Positions 24,899 through 33,703 of a stretch of DNA of 43,146 nucleotides are shown in pieces; position 1 is the stretch's first letter; each line of letters opens with the position of its first letter. A program made the position numbers and the translations under genes. This DNA is from a virus, in the IMG/VR virus record IMGVR_UViG_3300031760_000155. One strand, given 5' to 3'. Below the pieces are notes generated by a model. It worked only from the letters and a program-made list of their open reading frames with translations, did not search any database and was not told the origin of the DNA.

Positions 24899-26092
24899 AC
24901 AGGCAAGCCGGGAGCCAACGTTCGCATCCACACGCCAAGGAGAATAGTTCCCAGTGACCGCGCGCGGGCCATAGTGAACCCCTTCATTGCAGCGCCCACC
25001 GCAAATGAAAGCGCGCAAACCCTCGCTGTTAGGTAAATATGCCTGTCCTTGTTCTGCGCCCAAAACATTTTGCCAGCCCCAAGATATACTTCCAAAATCT
25101 AAAAAATTATCTTTTGTCCATTCGTAAATATTTCCAACGCAGTCAACAATATTTTTTGCAGATATTGCGTATGGCTTTACTCCAGACACATTGTCGAAGG
25201 CTCCAGTCGAGGTATTAACTTGGCACCCTGTGAATGTTTTCGCTGTATTTGTAGTCTTTGCCCATGCATAATTATTGGCTCCGTTTTCGGCCTGTGGGCT
25301 GCCAAAAGCAGAAGCCAGCCATTCTGTATATGAGAGCAACCGCAATCCCTGTCGCTCTGCAAGTTCATTGAAATTATACATATTCAAGCCCTCTGTTCCT
25401 GTCAATGGCAAGCAACCATATTTTGACTGTAGTTTTCCTTCCGCAACGGATAAACCGTTTGTCCCGCTCATAAATGTAACCGTTTCTAAAGCTGACGGTT
25501 GATAAATGAAACACCACAAATTCTTATTAACCTGCGCCATTCCACCAAACAAAGTCTTAGGCCTGTTCTTCAAATCCCACACCGAATTCGGCACGATGCC
25601 AGTAGTTACATTATCCTGCCACTTGGTGCCGGAAGAGCCCCATTTTGTACCTGTAGAATCAACAGGCACCCAAAGCCCATCCTCGCTAACTTTGCGGATG
25701 TGCCCCACGTGGAAGCCGCCAATCTTTCGCGAATTGTCCGCCGTAAATCCATCCGGGTAGGTTGTATTCAAAGACACAACGATGGCCGGGTCTTCGTTGC
25801 CGTCAATAACAAGATAAACAAAGTAATCGTTCCCGATGGCAAGTGTGTCCCCAGTGTCAAGGTTTGCCACCGGATCAAACTCAATGTCCCCGCGGTTAAT
25901 GAACTGCCGCCAGGTGTTGCCGTCGTAAAGGTCAATACCAGTGCCGTCCTTTAAAATCAATTTGTTTTCATCGTAAAGGAACGGGTCTTTCTTCTGTAAA
26001 AACGAATCGCCGACACATTTGAAATTTCCGCTTTCCGGGATGCACGCAACGGTGCAATCGTCAACTAAATCTTTATATATAAGCAAACTCAT
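24887..26092 (-). CDS. DGR target protein: tail-fibre/receptor-binding protein with C-terminal FGE-type C-type-lectin fold
   Basis: C-terminal SYTEWLASAFG...NIYEWTKDN...RAFICGGRCNEG...SPWR is typical of FGE/SUMF1-like DGR variable proteins. Last gene of the fibre module. Confidence 0.85.
   Translation of the reverse strand: MSLLIYKDLVDDCTVACIPESGNFKCVGDSFLQKKDPFLYDENKLILKDGTGIDLYDGNTWRQFINRGDIEFDPVANLDTGDTLAIGNDYFVYLVIDGNEDPAIVVSLNTTYPDGFTADNSRKIGGFHVGHIRKVSEDGLWVPVDSTGTKWGSSGTKWQDNVTTGIVPNSVWDLKNRPKTLFGGMAQVNKNLWCFIYQPSALETVTFMSGTNGLSVAEGKLQSKYGCLPLTGTEGLNMYNFNELAERQGLRLLSYTEWLASAFGSPQAENGANNYAWAKTTNTAKTFTGCQVNTSTGAFDNVSGVKPYAISAKNIVDCVGNIYEWTKDNFLDFGSISWGWQNVLGAEQGQAYLPNSEGLRAFICGGRCNEGVHYGPRAVTGNYSPWRVDANVGSRLACDSR
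24894..25028 (-). repeat. DGR variable repeat (VR), 135 nt, at the 3' end of the target ORF
   Basis: Aligned by hand to TR. There are 10-11 differences at TR adenines (coding sense), 2 at non-adenines and a 1-nt indel. Confidence 0.9.
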
Positions 26093-26367
26093 GCCAACAC
26101 CTCCATCAGTGCATTTATTTCCGCATCGGTAATTCCAATTTTATACTTTGCGGCCGCAGGATTGTCCACAAGCTCATAGTCCTCGTCTGTAAGCTCTTCC
26201 GAGGGCTTACCCTTGCTTGCATCCTTCAAGACCTTCATATAGTGGTCATCACGCAAATGCTTAAGCCGTGAATACAAAAGCCTTTTTCCGCTGTTTGTCT
26301 TCACCGCAAAATCTACGGCATTCTGCCAGTCCTTTTTTGTTTGGCAGTAATCAGGTATTCCAACCAT
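26089..26367 (-). CDS. Hypothetical 92-aa protein (possible fibre assembly/adaptor)
   Basis: ATGA coupling to the DGR target gene; no motif recognised. Confidence 0.55.
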   Translation of the reverse strand: MVGIPDYCQTKKDWQNAVDFAVKTNSGKRLLYSRLKHLRDDHYMKVLKDASKGKPSEELTDEDYELVDNPAAAKYKIGITDAEINALMEVLA

Positions 26368-26379
26368 CTTTTATTCCTC

Positions 26380-26958
26380 CTATTCAATCTCCGAAAATTG
26401 CAAATTAACCTTCATCGTGTCAAACTCTCCCCACTTCCCTATTCCCCATTTTCTCACACCCCACTTTATGCGCCTAGTGCCAGGAATTATTTTCCCGTCA
26501 ACCAACCGCCGGGGGTATATGTGAAGGCCGTCGCTACGGCATTCAGTCCCAAAGGGAAGGAACTCTTCATAGTTCCCGTTAGGCGTGACCACCGCGGCAT
26601 AGGTCTTTGCAGGGTCAAAGTTAATGCCAAGCGTTCCCCATGGAATTGTAGTCTCCACCCCGGACACGTCAAACGCAAAGATGCGCGAATTGAGTGCATC
26701 CTGTATGATGCGCAGAATTGCGTCAAGAACGTCCGAACTGTCCATGTTGTCCGGCACGTTTGAAGGCTGCCTTGCCGTAGTGCCAAAAGCCTTTTTAAAA
26801 ATTGCCGTCCTTGCGCCAAGCAGATCGTTGAACCAAAGCGCACGCCAGGGCGTACCGTCTATGCTCCCCGGTGACGTTGCCGGAACCGCCTTGCCGTATG
26901 GATATGCAGTATCCGTATCGTCGCGGAAGTCCGTATAATTTCCATCAATCTTAAGCAT
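26380..26958 (-). CDS. Putative tail fibre / fibre-adaptor protein
   Basis: GGAGGA SD before the ATG at 26958 (MLKIDGNYTDFRDDTD...). Lies between the gp48-like gene and the DGR target. Confidence 0.5.
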   Translation of the reverse strand: MLKIDGNYTDFRDDTDTAYPYGKAVPATSPGSIDGTPWRALWFNDLLGARTAIFKKAFGTTARQPSNVPDNMDSSDVLDAILRIIQDALNSRIFAFDVSGVETTIPWGTLGINFDPAKTYAAVVTPNGNYEEFLPFGTECRSDGLHIYPRRLVDGKIIPGTRRIKWGVRKWGIGKWGEFDTMKVNLQFSEIE

Positions 26959-26960
26959 CC

Positions 26961-27665
26961 TTATTCCTCCGTCCATTCAACCGCAAGCACCGCCACCGTA
27001 TGGACAGGCTTAATGCGCAGAATGAAGTATTCAATGTAATTTTTGTAAATCCGCGGAATCTGCAATTTCTCCACATAAAGAATTTCATTGCGTGAATTGC
27101 GGACGATGTTCTTGCAAACATAAAAGCAGAACTCCCAGTACCGCTCGTCATTGGGGATTGAATAAGGCCCCGCCGTTCCATTCCTTAGAATTGTAGGCAC
27201 AAAGCTTTCATCGCCCTCGCGGTAGTCGCAGACCGCCTTTTCCCCATCGCACACCATTATCTCGTTATCGCAAACCGCAAAATAAGCGATGTTCGATTCG
27301 CGCGGATTTGCGCAAGGAATGTTTTCTTCAACAACAATTCCGGGAAAAACATTTTCCAAAACGCTGCGGATAAAATACAAGGACTGCCCGCCGTGGTTCA
27401 TGCCCCACAAAAGGCTTAGAAAGTTCCGCCTCTGCTCAATGTCCATGTTTGCCGAAAGAACGGTAAAAACCTCTTCCCACCTGTCAATGCAACGCGTTGA
27501 ATCCGGGAAGAAGTCCATGTAAACCCTTTCAATTTCCCGCCGCAAATCCTCCGGCAAGACGGCAATAGCCTCGAAAAGTTTCCGCACGTTCTTTTCCTGC
27601 GTCAAATTCCAGGCACTGCTGGAGGGAAGCAAATTTTTAACGGCGTTAAAAAAACTAGCCCTCAT
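26961..27665 (-). CDS. Mu gp48-like tail protein (YmfQ / DUF2313-like)
   Basis: LLPSSSAWNLTQEKNVRKLFEAIAVLPEDLRREIERVYMDFFPDSTRCIDRWEEVF fits the DUF2313 pattern. Start chosen at 27665 (11-nt overlap with the J-like gene). Confidence 0.65.
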   Translation of the reverse strand: MRASFFNAVKNLLPSSSAWNLTQEKNVRKLFEAIAVLPEDLRREIERVYMDFFPDSTRCIDRWEEVFTVLSANMDIEQRRNFLSLLWGMNHGGQSLYFIRSVLENVFPGIVVEENIPCANPRESNIAYFAVCDNEIMVCDGEKAVCDYREGDESFVPTILRNGTAGPYSIPNDERYWEFCFYVCKNIVRNSRNEILYVEKLQIPRIYKNYIEYFILRIKPVHTVAVLAVEWTEE

Positions 27666-28869
27666 ATAGCTCTCCGTTAATATAGAGATTGCCCAACGCT
27701 GCAAGCTCACCTTTGCCAAGGTCATATTCGCTAATTTCCGGGCCGTTAATGTTCATTGTCACCGTATCAAACTTGGCCTTCATGCTGACCGCCACACTGT
27801 TGGCAATGGATATTAGCGAGTTCCTAAGAATTGAATCGCTCCTGTTGTTGTCGCTCGAAAGCCCGCGGATGTACGGCTCGCGGTTGTCAAAAAAAGTTTC
27901 AAGCTCCGTTTTTAATTGGCTTCCAAAATCGCCGTCCCCGGAAAAACCAGTAACATAAACATTGAATGTAATAATTCTTACCGCGCGGACATTGGGATAA
28001 GATTCATCCCCCCGCGGGTCAAGAATTGCCGTTATCGGCTTCCTATTGGCAACCCCTGTGTCCGGGTCATAGGTGCAGGCGTGTCCCACTTGCTTAAGCA
28101 AAGTTGAATCGGGCACTCTGTCCGGGAACAAATCAGTCGTCCCTGAAACATAAAGCAGAACTCCCCCGGGCGAATCTTCATCATTGTATGGATAGGTCTG
28201 CAAAACACCAGGCACGTCAAAAGCCCAAAGACGGTAATCAGCCAAAGCCCCACCTTGTGGCTGCGTGCTATACCTGTTAAGAACCCTGCTTCTATAGTGT
28301 GCCTCTGTCTCGTCGTCAACACCCAGCTTCACCGTCTCCACCACTTCTGCATCTTCCTGGACAAATCCAATCGGTGAGACAAAATGAAGGCTGTCCCCTT
28401 CGTCAAGATTTCCGACAATCCCAGACTGTGTGCAGTAAACGGGAATGTCAACGCTTTCGCCCTCCGTCATCACGGAAACGGAAGTCGCATAAAGGCAGCC
28501 GGTCTTTTCACTCTTAAGCTGCGTACCCGCCATAACCGCGTTGCCTGTATAAATGACGTTGGCCCTAACAGTTCCTTCCCATGCTGTGCCGCTCGTAGGA
28601 TTCCCCACGCCAAACAAATTGCCCAGCTTAACAAGCGGACGCAAGGTGTAGCCAAGAACGTCCACCTCGTCAAAGGATGCTGTATCTGGAAAAAGCTGCA
28701 AATAAAACCACCCGGTCAATTTATAAGGAATTAAAAAAATTCCCGCAAGTACCTTGGACAAAACAACAATAAAGGACTTGGGCAAGAGCCTAAGCCTGTT
28801 GTTGAATTTCTCCTGAAAACTTTGAATCAATAAGTTATATATGTAGTCAACCGTTTTATTCTCGTACAT
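27655..28869 (-). CDS. Baseplate J-like protein (Mu gp47)
   Basis: 404 aa. Lies between the gp46-like and gp48-like genes and has the usual size of baseplate J proteins. Confidence 0.7.
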   Translation of the reverse strand: MYENKTVDYIYNLLIQSFQEKFNNRLRLLPKSFIVVLSKVLAGIFLIPYKLTGWFYLQLFPDTASFDEVDVLGYTLRPLVKLGNLFGVGNPTSGTAWEGTVRANVIYTGNAVMAGTQLKSEKTGCLYATSVSVMTEGESVDIPVYCTQSGIVGNLDEGDSLHFVSPIGFVQEDAEVVETVKLGVDDETEAHYRSRVLNRYSTQPQGGALADYRLWAFDVPGVLQTYPYNDEDSPGGVLLYVSGTTDLFPDRVPDSTLLKQVGHACTYDPDTGVANRKPITAILDPRGDESYPNVRAVRIITFNVYVTGFSGDGDFGSQLKTELETFFDNREPYIRGLSSDNNRSDSILRNSLISIANSVAVSMKAKFDTVTMNINGPEISEYDLGKGELAALGNLYINGELYEG

Positions 28870-29331
28870 TTACCGCACCGCCTCTGTCCATTGGAATTCA
28901 TAAGCGCACCCGCCCGTCTTTTTTCCGTCCTGCATGACCTCAACGCTAAGGTTGACGCTCTTTGCGCTGGTGGCAGAAAGCGACACATTAACCTCGTCCG
29001 CATCCACCTCAGTCCTTAACCATGCAAGGTCACGCCCAGCCGCCGCCTCTGCCTTCTGGATGTTCGCGCTTGTCAAAGGGTAGCCCGCAACTGTTGCCCC
29101 GAACTCGCTCTGCATCCATTCGCTCCTGTCTGTGCCTGGAATAAGGTTCCCCCACCAGGTCTCTTTCTCGCGCCCGTCCGCATCGCTTTCGTTCCCGCCA
29201 AAAAGTGAAAGATAAGCCGCCGTATCAAAGTTCCGGCAGTCCTTGACAAGCCCGTTTTCAATCTTTATGTCTCCGCCGTCCGGGGTCGCCGTGTAAAGCA
29301 CGTCCCCTTCAAATACGTTTACATCTTCCAT
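28870..29331 (-). CDS. Mu gp46-like baseplate protein (GP46 family)
   Basis: TAAYLSLFGGNESDADGREKETWWGNLIPGTDRSEW...AGRDLAWL fits the GP46 pattern (SLF...R..WWG...GS.LW...AL.WL). Confidence 0.7.
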   Translation of the reverse strand: MEDVNVFEGDVLYTATPDGGDIKIENGLVKDCRNFDTAAYLSLFGGNESDADGREKETWWGNLIPGTDRSEWMQSEFGATVAGYPLTSANIQKAEAAAGRDLAWLRTEVDADEVNVSLSATSAKSVNLSVEVMQDGKKTGGCAYEFQWTEAVR

Positions 29332-31493
29332 CAGAAGCTCCCGTTAGATCCGCCACGGTTAATAGTAACACCGGGGGCATTGCTGCCGCCCTTTGCCTTA
29401 AGCCCATTGTCAAGGCCTATCTGGACCCTGCTCGTAGTAACCGTCTCCTGTCTGCTGTAGCTGTTGGCTGCCGCTGCCGTCCTTGTCGGAATCGGAATGT
29501 ATGGGTGATTTCCTGCCGCATCCTCTGCGCCGTAGCTAACAGTTTCCTTTGGCATGAGCCCCGCCTTTGAGCTTTCAATCCAGCTGTTAAGCTCACCGCT
29601 AAAGTCCTTGAACTTGTCACCGACAAACGGAATTTGTGAAAGAAGGTCAAGGAATTTCTGAATGGGCGGAAGAAGCGTCTCTACTATCGTAAGTCCCAGC
29701 ATCTTAATGCCGTCAACAAATCCGCCGGAAGTAAAGACCGTGAATATATTTACAATGCCGTCAAGAAGGTTGCGTGCCATCTCTAGCGGAACAGCAAGAA
29801 TGTTTGTTATCGTTCCGACAGGCCCTTCCATTGAATTAGCCTTGTTAATAATGTTGTCAAAAAATCCTGTGACATTCTGAATGGCAGTGGTTACAACCTC
29901 TTTGACGGCAACACCAAACCGTTTGACCGCCGCAACAATTTCGTCCCAGTATTTAATTATAAGAATGATTAAAGCAACCAAAGCCGCAACGGCAGCAATG
30001 ACACCCATTATGATTAGCCCGATTGGATTTGCAGACACCGCCACATTGAATGCCGTCTGTGCAGCCGTAGCCACTCCCATTCCTATTTGATAGGCCGCCA
30101 TTGCACCATGTGCGATGCCCATTATGACATTGTATGCCTTCATCGCTATGGCTGCACCCATAGTCGCAACCTTCCACGCAACCATTACGCCGGTAACAAC
30201 CATAATAACACCGCGCAGCTTCCATGCCGTCTTAATGAATGAACTCGCAACGGTCACTCCAGTTGAAAGCGCATCTATGACAGGCTTAGGGTCAAAATTG
30301 CTGACAGCTTCTGTTATGGTCTTTATCGCGTCTCCACCCTGGACCGCAAACGCATCAACGAATTTAAAGCCCAGCTCCGTAAGAGCGGACAAAAGCACCT
30401 TGAATTGATTGGAAAGCGAACCGCGCATAGCCTCTGCATTTGCCGTAACCGTCCCCGTTGATTTAGCTGCCGCAAGCGCATAATTTTCAAGCGCAGCCTG
30501 TCCAGTGTCAAGAAGGGCTGTAACTGCCGCAATGTTCTGCTTGCCGAAAATTTCGTAGATGTTCGCATTCCTTTCCGCATCACCCATTCCGGCCATTGCC
30601 GTGTTGAACTGGCCGATAATTTCCGGAAGGGCAAGCAGGTTGCCTGCCGCATCGGTCGTCTTAATTCCCATCGCTTCCAGAGCCTTTGTTGCCTTTGCCG
30701 TAGGTGCAGAAAGGTTGGTCATAATATTGCGCAAAGCCGTTCCAGCTTCTGCGCCTGCTATCGAGTGTCCGGCTAAAGCCGTCAAGCTGCCGGAAAGAAC
30801 GTCAAGATTATTTGCTGTTGTCTTGAAGAAGCTGCCGCCCGCTGTAATTGCCGCGCCTACATCCTGCAAGCTCATCTTTGCACTGTTGGCAGTGTGTGCC
30901 ATAACATCGGAAAGCCGCGTCATATTTGCCGCAAGCTCGTCGGGCTTATCGCTCATCATTCCCATTGTATTGAGTGCGCCAACGGCAAGCCCTACCGCTT
31001 CGTCCATGCTGGTCATGGCAGCCGTTGCAAGGTTTGCAACACCCGGAAGAAGGGATATGGCCTGCTCACTCTTAACACCAGCCTGTGCGAGCGTTTTCAT
31101 TGCGTTTGCACTTTGAACCGCATCAAATTCCGTGGTGGCGGCAACCTCGCGGACGGCCTTTCCAATTTCGGAAATTTTGTCCTCAAAGTCTGCCGCCTGT
31201 GAGAATGCAGGGCCGTAGCTGGCACCCGCTGCCCTTACCGCCGCGTCAAATTCTGCATACTGCTTTGTAGCAACCGCAAGCCCCGCGCTAACCGCTCCAA
31301 CGCCAAGCCCGACGGCCATCTTGCCCGCAGTCTTAATGCTCTGGCCGAACGCGTCAAGCTGCCTTTGCGCCTGTGCAACTCCATTCCGCCAAGCACCGCC
31401 AAGTCCCCTACCGGCAGCCGACATCCTGTTAAGTGAAGCTGTGGCCCTGTCTGTGATGGTAAACTCTGTAGCTACCTGGTAGTTCCTTGCCAT
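29331..31493 (-). CDS. Tail tape measure protein (TP901-type core)
   Basis: 720 aa, Ala/Gly-rich helical protein. TTEFDAVQSANAMKTLAQAGV...MSLQDVGAAITAGG...GAEAGTALRNIMTNL is the typical TMP core. Hydrophobic segments lie in the C-terminal third. Confidence 0.9.
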   Translation of the reverse strand: MARNYQVATEFTITDRATASLNRMSAAGRGLGGAWRNGVAQAQRQLDAFGQSIKTAGKMAVGLGVGAVSAGLAVATKQYAEFDAAVRAAGASYGPAFSQAADFEDKISEIGKAVREVAATTEFDAVQSANAMKTLAQAGVKSEQAISLLPGVANLATAAMTSMDEAVGLAVGALNTMGMMSDKPDELAANMTRLSDVMAHTANSAKMSLQDVGAAITAGGSFFKTTANNLDVLSGSLTALAGHSIAGAEAGTALRNIMTNLSAPTAKATKALEAMGIKTTDAAGNLLALPEIIGQFNTAMAGMGDAERNANIYEIFGKQNIAAVTALLDTGQAALENYALAAAKSTGTVTANAEAMRGSLSNQFKVLLSALTELGFKFVDAFAVQGGDAIKTITEAVSNFDPKPVIDALSTGVTVASSFIKTAWKLRGVIMVVTGVMVAWKVATMGAAIAMKAYNVIMGIAHGAMAAYQIGMGVATAAQTAFNVAVSANPIGLIIMGVIAAVAALVALIILIIKYWDEIVAAVKRFGVAVKEVVTTAIQNVTGFFDNIINKANSMEGPVGTITNILAVPLEMARNLLDGIVNIFTVFTSGGFVDGIKMLGLTIVETLLPPIQKFLDLLSQIPFVGDKFKDFSGELNSWIESSKAGLMPKETVSYGAEDAAGNHPYIPIPTRTAAAANSYSRQETVTTSRVQIGLDNGLKAKGGSNAPGVTINRGGSNGSF

Positions 31494-33142
31494 TACTCTT
31501 CACCCTCCGCATCCGTGCCGTATGCCGGGAAGCCGTTGTTGTCTTCAAGAACGTGCGGCGTGAAGTCCATGCGCTTCATAAGCTCGCGCTCGCGCTTAAT
31601 CGTCTGCATGACCTGGGCAAAGCTAAGGCCTGAATGTCTTCTTGCCTCTATGTCATAAGTGGTCAAACCGTTGTCCAAAAGCGTCTGGCTGGCCTGTGCC
31701 TCTTTGTTCCTATCAACTGCCGGACGGTTAAGTCCTGTCCAGGTGCATTGCATCCATGCGCTTGTGATGCGCCAACCGTCTGTAGTTCCCCATGAACGGA
31801 CAAAACCGGGAAGGTCAATCTGCCCGGTCAAAGCCATCTGGGTAAGCCATTCATTATAAATTGGCTGCGTAACCATTCCAGCGAACTTGCGGACAAAGCG
31901 GCTAAGGTAAACTTCAAATTCATTGTTGGCCTGTCTGGAAGCTGAATAGTTGTTCCCGAATTCAAGCATCAAAACTTCCGGCGGCAAGCCGTGGCTCCAA
32001 GCCAAAACAGAAATAACCGCTTTTTCAAAAGTTGCATAATTTACATTAGGCCTGTTGGTCTGGAAGCTCGTAATTTTTCCACCGTTAGGAGCCTTGTAGA
32101 CAGTACCGGGATTCATAATGTCAATCTGATTTGTCGGCGGTGTTACCGCAGGATAGTTTGGCGGCATGATTCCATCCGGCGCAGGTGGCAACGGTGCACC
32201 GCCAACCGCACCCGCTGCGGGAACCGCTCCCGGAACTGCCCCTGCCCTTGCAAGGTCGCTTGGCCTTGCAACGCTTATCGTGCCGGGGGCTTCCTCAAGG
32301 AAAAGCGGAATCATTGCATTAACAAGGGATGCGCGGACTTCTGCATCGCGTGTCCTGTCAAGGTCTTTGAGCATGTAAATTGAATCGGAAAGGAACGGCT
32401 CCCCGCGTACATCGTCTACGAAGTGCTCCCCACCGTAAACCATCCAGCTTATAAGCCGTCCGCTTCTTTCACCTCTTACCGGGATGCGCTCATATTTGAA
32501 TTCACCATTAACTTCACTCTGGACGTAAAAGGCAACACGCTTTCCCCATTTGTCAAATTCAACACCGTGCTTGATGTAGTGACCTTCAAGAAGGTTGTAT
32601 GTGTCAGGCGTTCTTACATGATCCCCATTCACCCACTGCCAGCGCGGAAGGTTTGTGTTCTTGTCGATGCGGGAAATTATGATGCCGTCTCCAGAAATAA
32701 GGCTTTCCATTCTAACACGTTCCTGGAAAGCTCCAAAATTTTCTTTTTTGCTCCAGTCAAAAACAGCGGGCGTATTTGAATACAGGTCAAACTGGGTGGC
32801 AATTTTGTCTCCCCATTCAACAGCTTCTTCTTCCCTCTCTATTTCATTCTTTCCAGGAAAAAGCACTGCCCCTACAGGCGTAGGGGTCGCAATTATGCCG
32901 GTATGAATCTCATTCCACACAAGGCGGCGTATAACACCCTTGGCATAAATGTTGGTGCGGAAAAGCTGCATTGACCTTTTTCTAAGTCTCCAGTAGTCAA
33001 CAAACGTCCATTCACTCACCGGGCCAAGAGAGCCAAAAAACTTTGAGCCGTCCCAAAAGTCGCGGCCAAAATAATCCGCCAAAGCCTTTACCGTGGTCTC
33101 TTTAAGAAATTTACTGTAGTTTGAAATTGATTTTTCGCTCAT
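31493..33142 (-). CDS. Portal protein, lambda gpB family
   Basis: 549 aa. NNYSASRQANNEFEVYLSRFVRKF and WTGLNRPAVDRNKEAQASQTLLDNGLTTY parallel lambda gpB segments. Confidence 0.85.
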   Translation of the reverse strand: MSEKSISNYSKFLKETTVKALADYFGRDFWDGSKFFGSLGPVSEWTFVDYWRLRKRSMQLFRTNIYAKGVIRRLVWNEIHTGIIATPTPVGAVLFPGKNEIEREEEAVEWGDKIATQFDLYSNTPAVFDWSKKENFGAFQERVRMESLISGDGIIISRIDKNTNLPRWQWVNGDHVRTPDTYNLLEGHYIKHGVEFDKWGKRVAFYVQSEVNGEFKYERIPVRGERSGRLISWMVYGGEHFVDDVRGEPFLSDSIYMLKDLDRTRDAEVRASLVNAMIPLFLEEAPGTISVARPSDLARAGAVPGAVPAAGAVGGAPLPPAPDGIMPPNYPAVTPPTNQIDIMNPGTVYKAPNGGKITSFQTNRPNVNYATFEKAVISVLAWSHGLPPEVLMLEFGNNYSASRQANNEFEVYLSRFVRKFAGMVTQPIYNEWLTQMALTGQIDLPGFVRSWGTTDGWRITSAWMQCTWTGLNRPAVDRNKEAQASQTLLDNGLTTYDIEARRHSGLSFAQVMQTIKRERELMKRMDFTPHVLEDNNGFPAYGTDAEGEE

Positions 33143-33457
33143 TTAGTACCCCGGCACTACTTGGCTCCACCGGCTATTGCCGTAGAGTGCATCTGTTAGC
33201 TGATTTATTTCCGCGACAAGCTTCTGCCGCCACGAATAAAGGGAGGCAAGATCTGAACGCTTGACCGTCTGCTTATCCTGCCCCGTGTCAATCGTATATT
33301 CTTGAATGCCCTGCGTCTCTGCCAGGTCATTTGTGAATGATGCTATCGCCCTGTCCACCTGGTTAAGAATGATGCGGTCATTCTTTAATTGTGTCTCCCA
33401 AAAAGTGAACGAATCTAAATTAGCAACACCATTGGGGTCTGGCAGAAGCATTCCCAT
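33143..33457 (-). CDS. gpW-like head-tail joining protein (short start at 33457)
   Basis: GAGGT SD before ATG 33457. EYTIDTGQDKQTVKRSDLASLYSWRQKLVAEI resembles gpW. Directly precedes the portal gene (TAAATG), as in lambda. Confidence 0.55.
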   Translation of the reverse strand: MGMLLPDPNGVANLDSFTFWETQLKNDRIILNQVDRAIASFTNDLAETQGIQEYTIDTGQDKQTVKRSDLASLYSWRQKLVAEINQLTDALYGNSRWSQVVPGY

Positions 33458-33588
33458 TTGAACCTCGCAAAAAATAGCAATAAAAATATCAATAAAGCTA
33501 TAAACGCTTAGCAATTTATAGCAAATTATCTTCTTATATAGTAGCAATTAATAACGCGTATAAACTCGCGTCAAAATCGCTTTATATG

Positions 33589-33632
33589 TCTGGGGGGCAA
33601 GAGGTCTCGGATTCGAATTCCGATAGCCCGAC
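33589..33632 (+). other. 3' half of a tRNA-Pro(GGG)-like sequence (anticodon loop to CC), not a complete tRNA gene
   Basis: CTGGGGG loop, GCAAG, AGGTC variable loop, TCGGA-TTCGAAT-TCCGA T-arm, TAGCCCG acceptor 3' strand, A73, CC. No complementary 5' acceptor or anticodon-stem strand upstream. Confidence 0.7.
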
Positions 33633-33633
33633 C

Positions 33634-33667
33634 TATAACTCCTTGTTTTACAAGGAGTTATTTTTTT
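33634..33667 (+). terminator. Strong intrinsic terminator immediately after the tRNA-like fragment
   Basis: ATAACTCCTTG-TTTTA-CAAGGAGTTAT (11-bp stem) followed by a T run. Confidence 0.8.
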
Positions 33668-33703
33668 ACCCAAAACCCCCGGGCAAAAAATATCAATAAA
33701 ATA

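Noticed and set aside
24806-25095. Track ORFs 24806-25036 (+) and 24868-25095 (-) overlapping VR
   Set aside because: These are alternative frames of the target-gene 3' end with no start context. The 24868 frame matters only as the read-through frame that a 1-nt shorter VR would create.
29331-31493. Nested ORFs inside the tape measure gene (for example 29953-30225 -, 30323-30652 -, 30559-31116 +)
   Set aside because: These are alternative frames of an Ala/Gly-rich gene. They have no independent start signals or motifs.
33556-33632. A complete tRNA gene ending at 33632
   Set aside because: Only the anticodon loop to 3' end is tRNA-like. There is no strand complementary to the acceptor (CGGGCTA) or anticodon stem (CTTGC) in the 80 nt upstream, and no D-arm.
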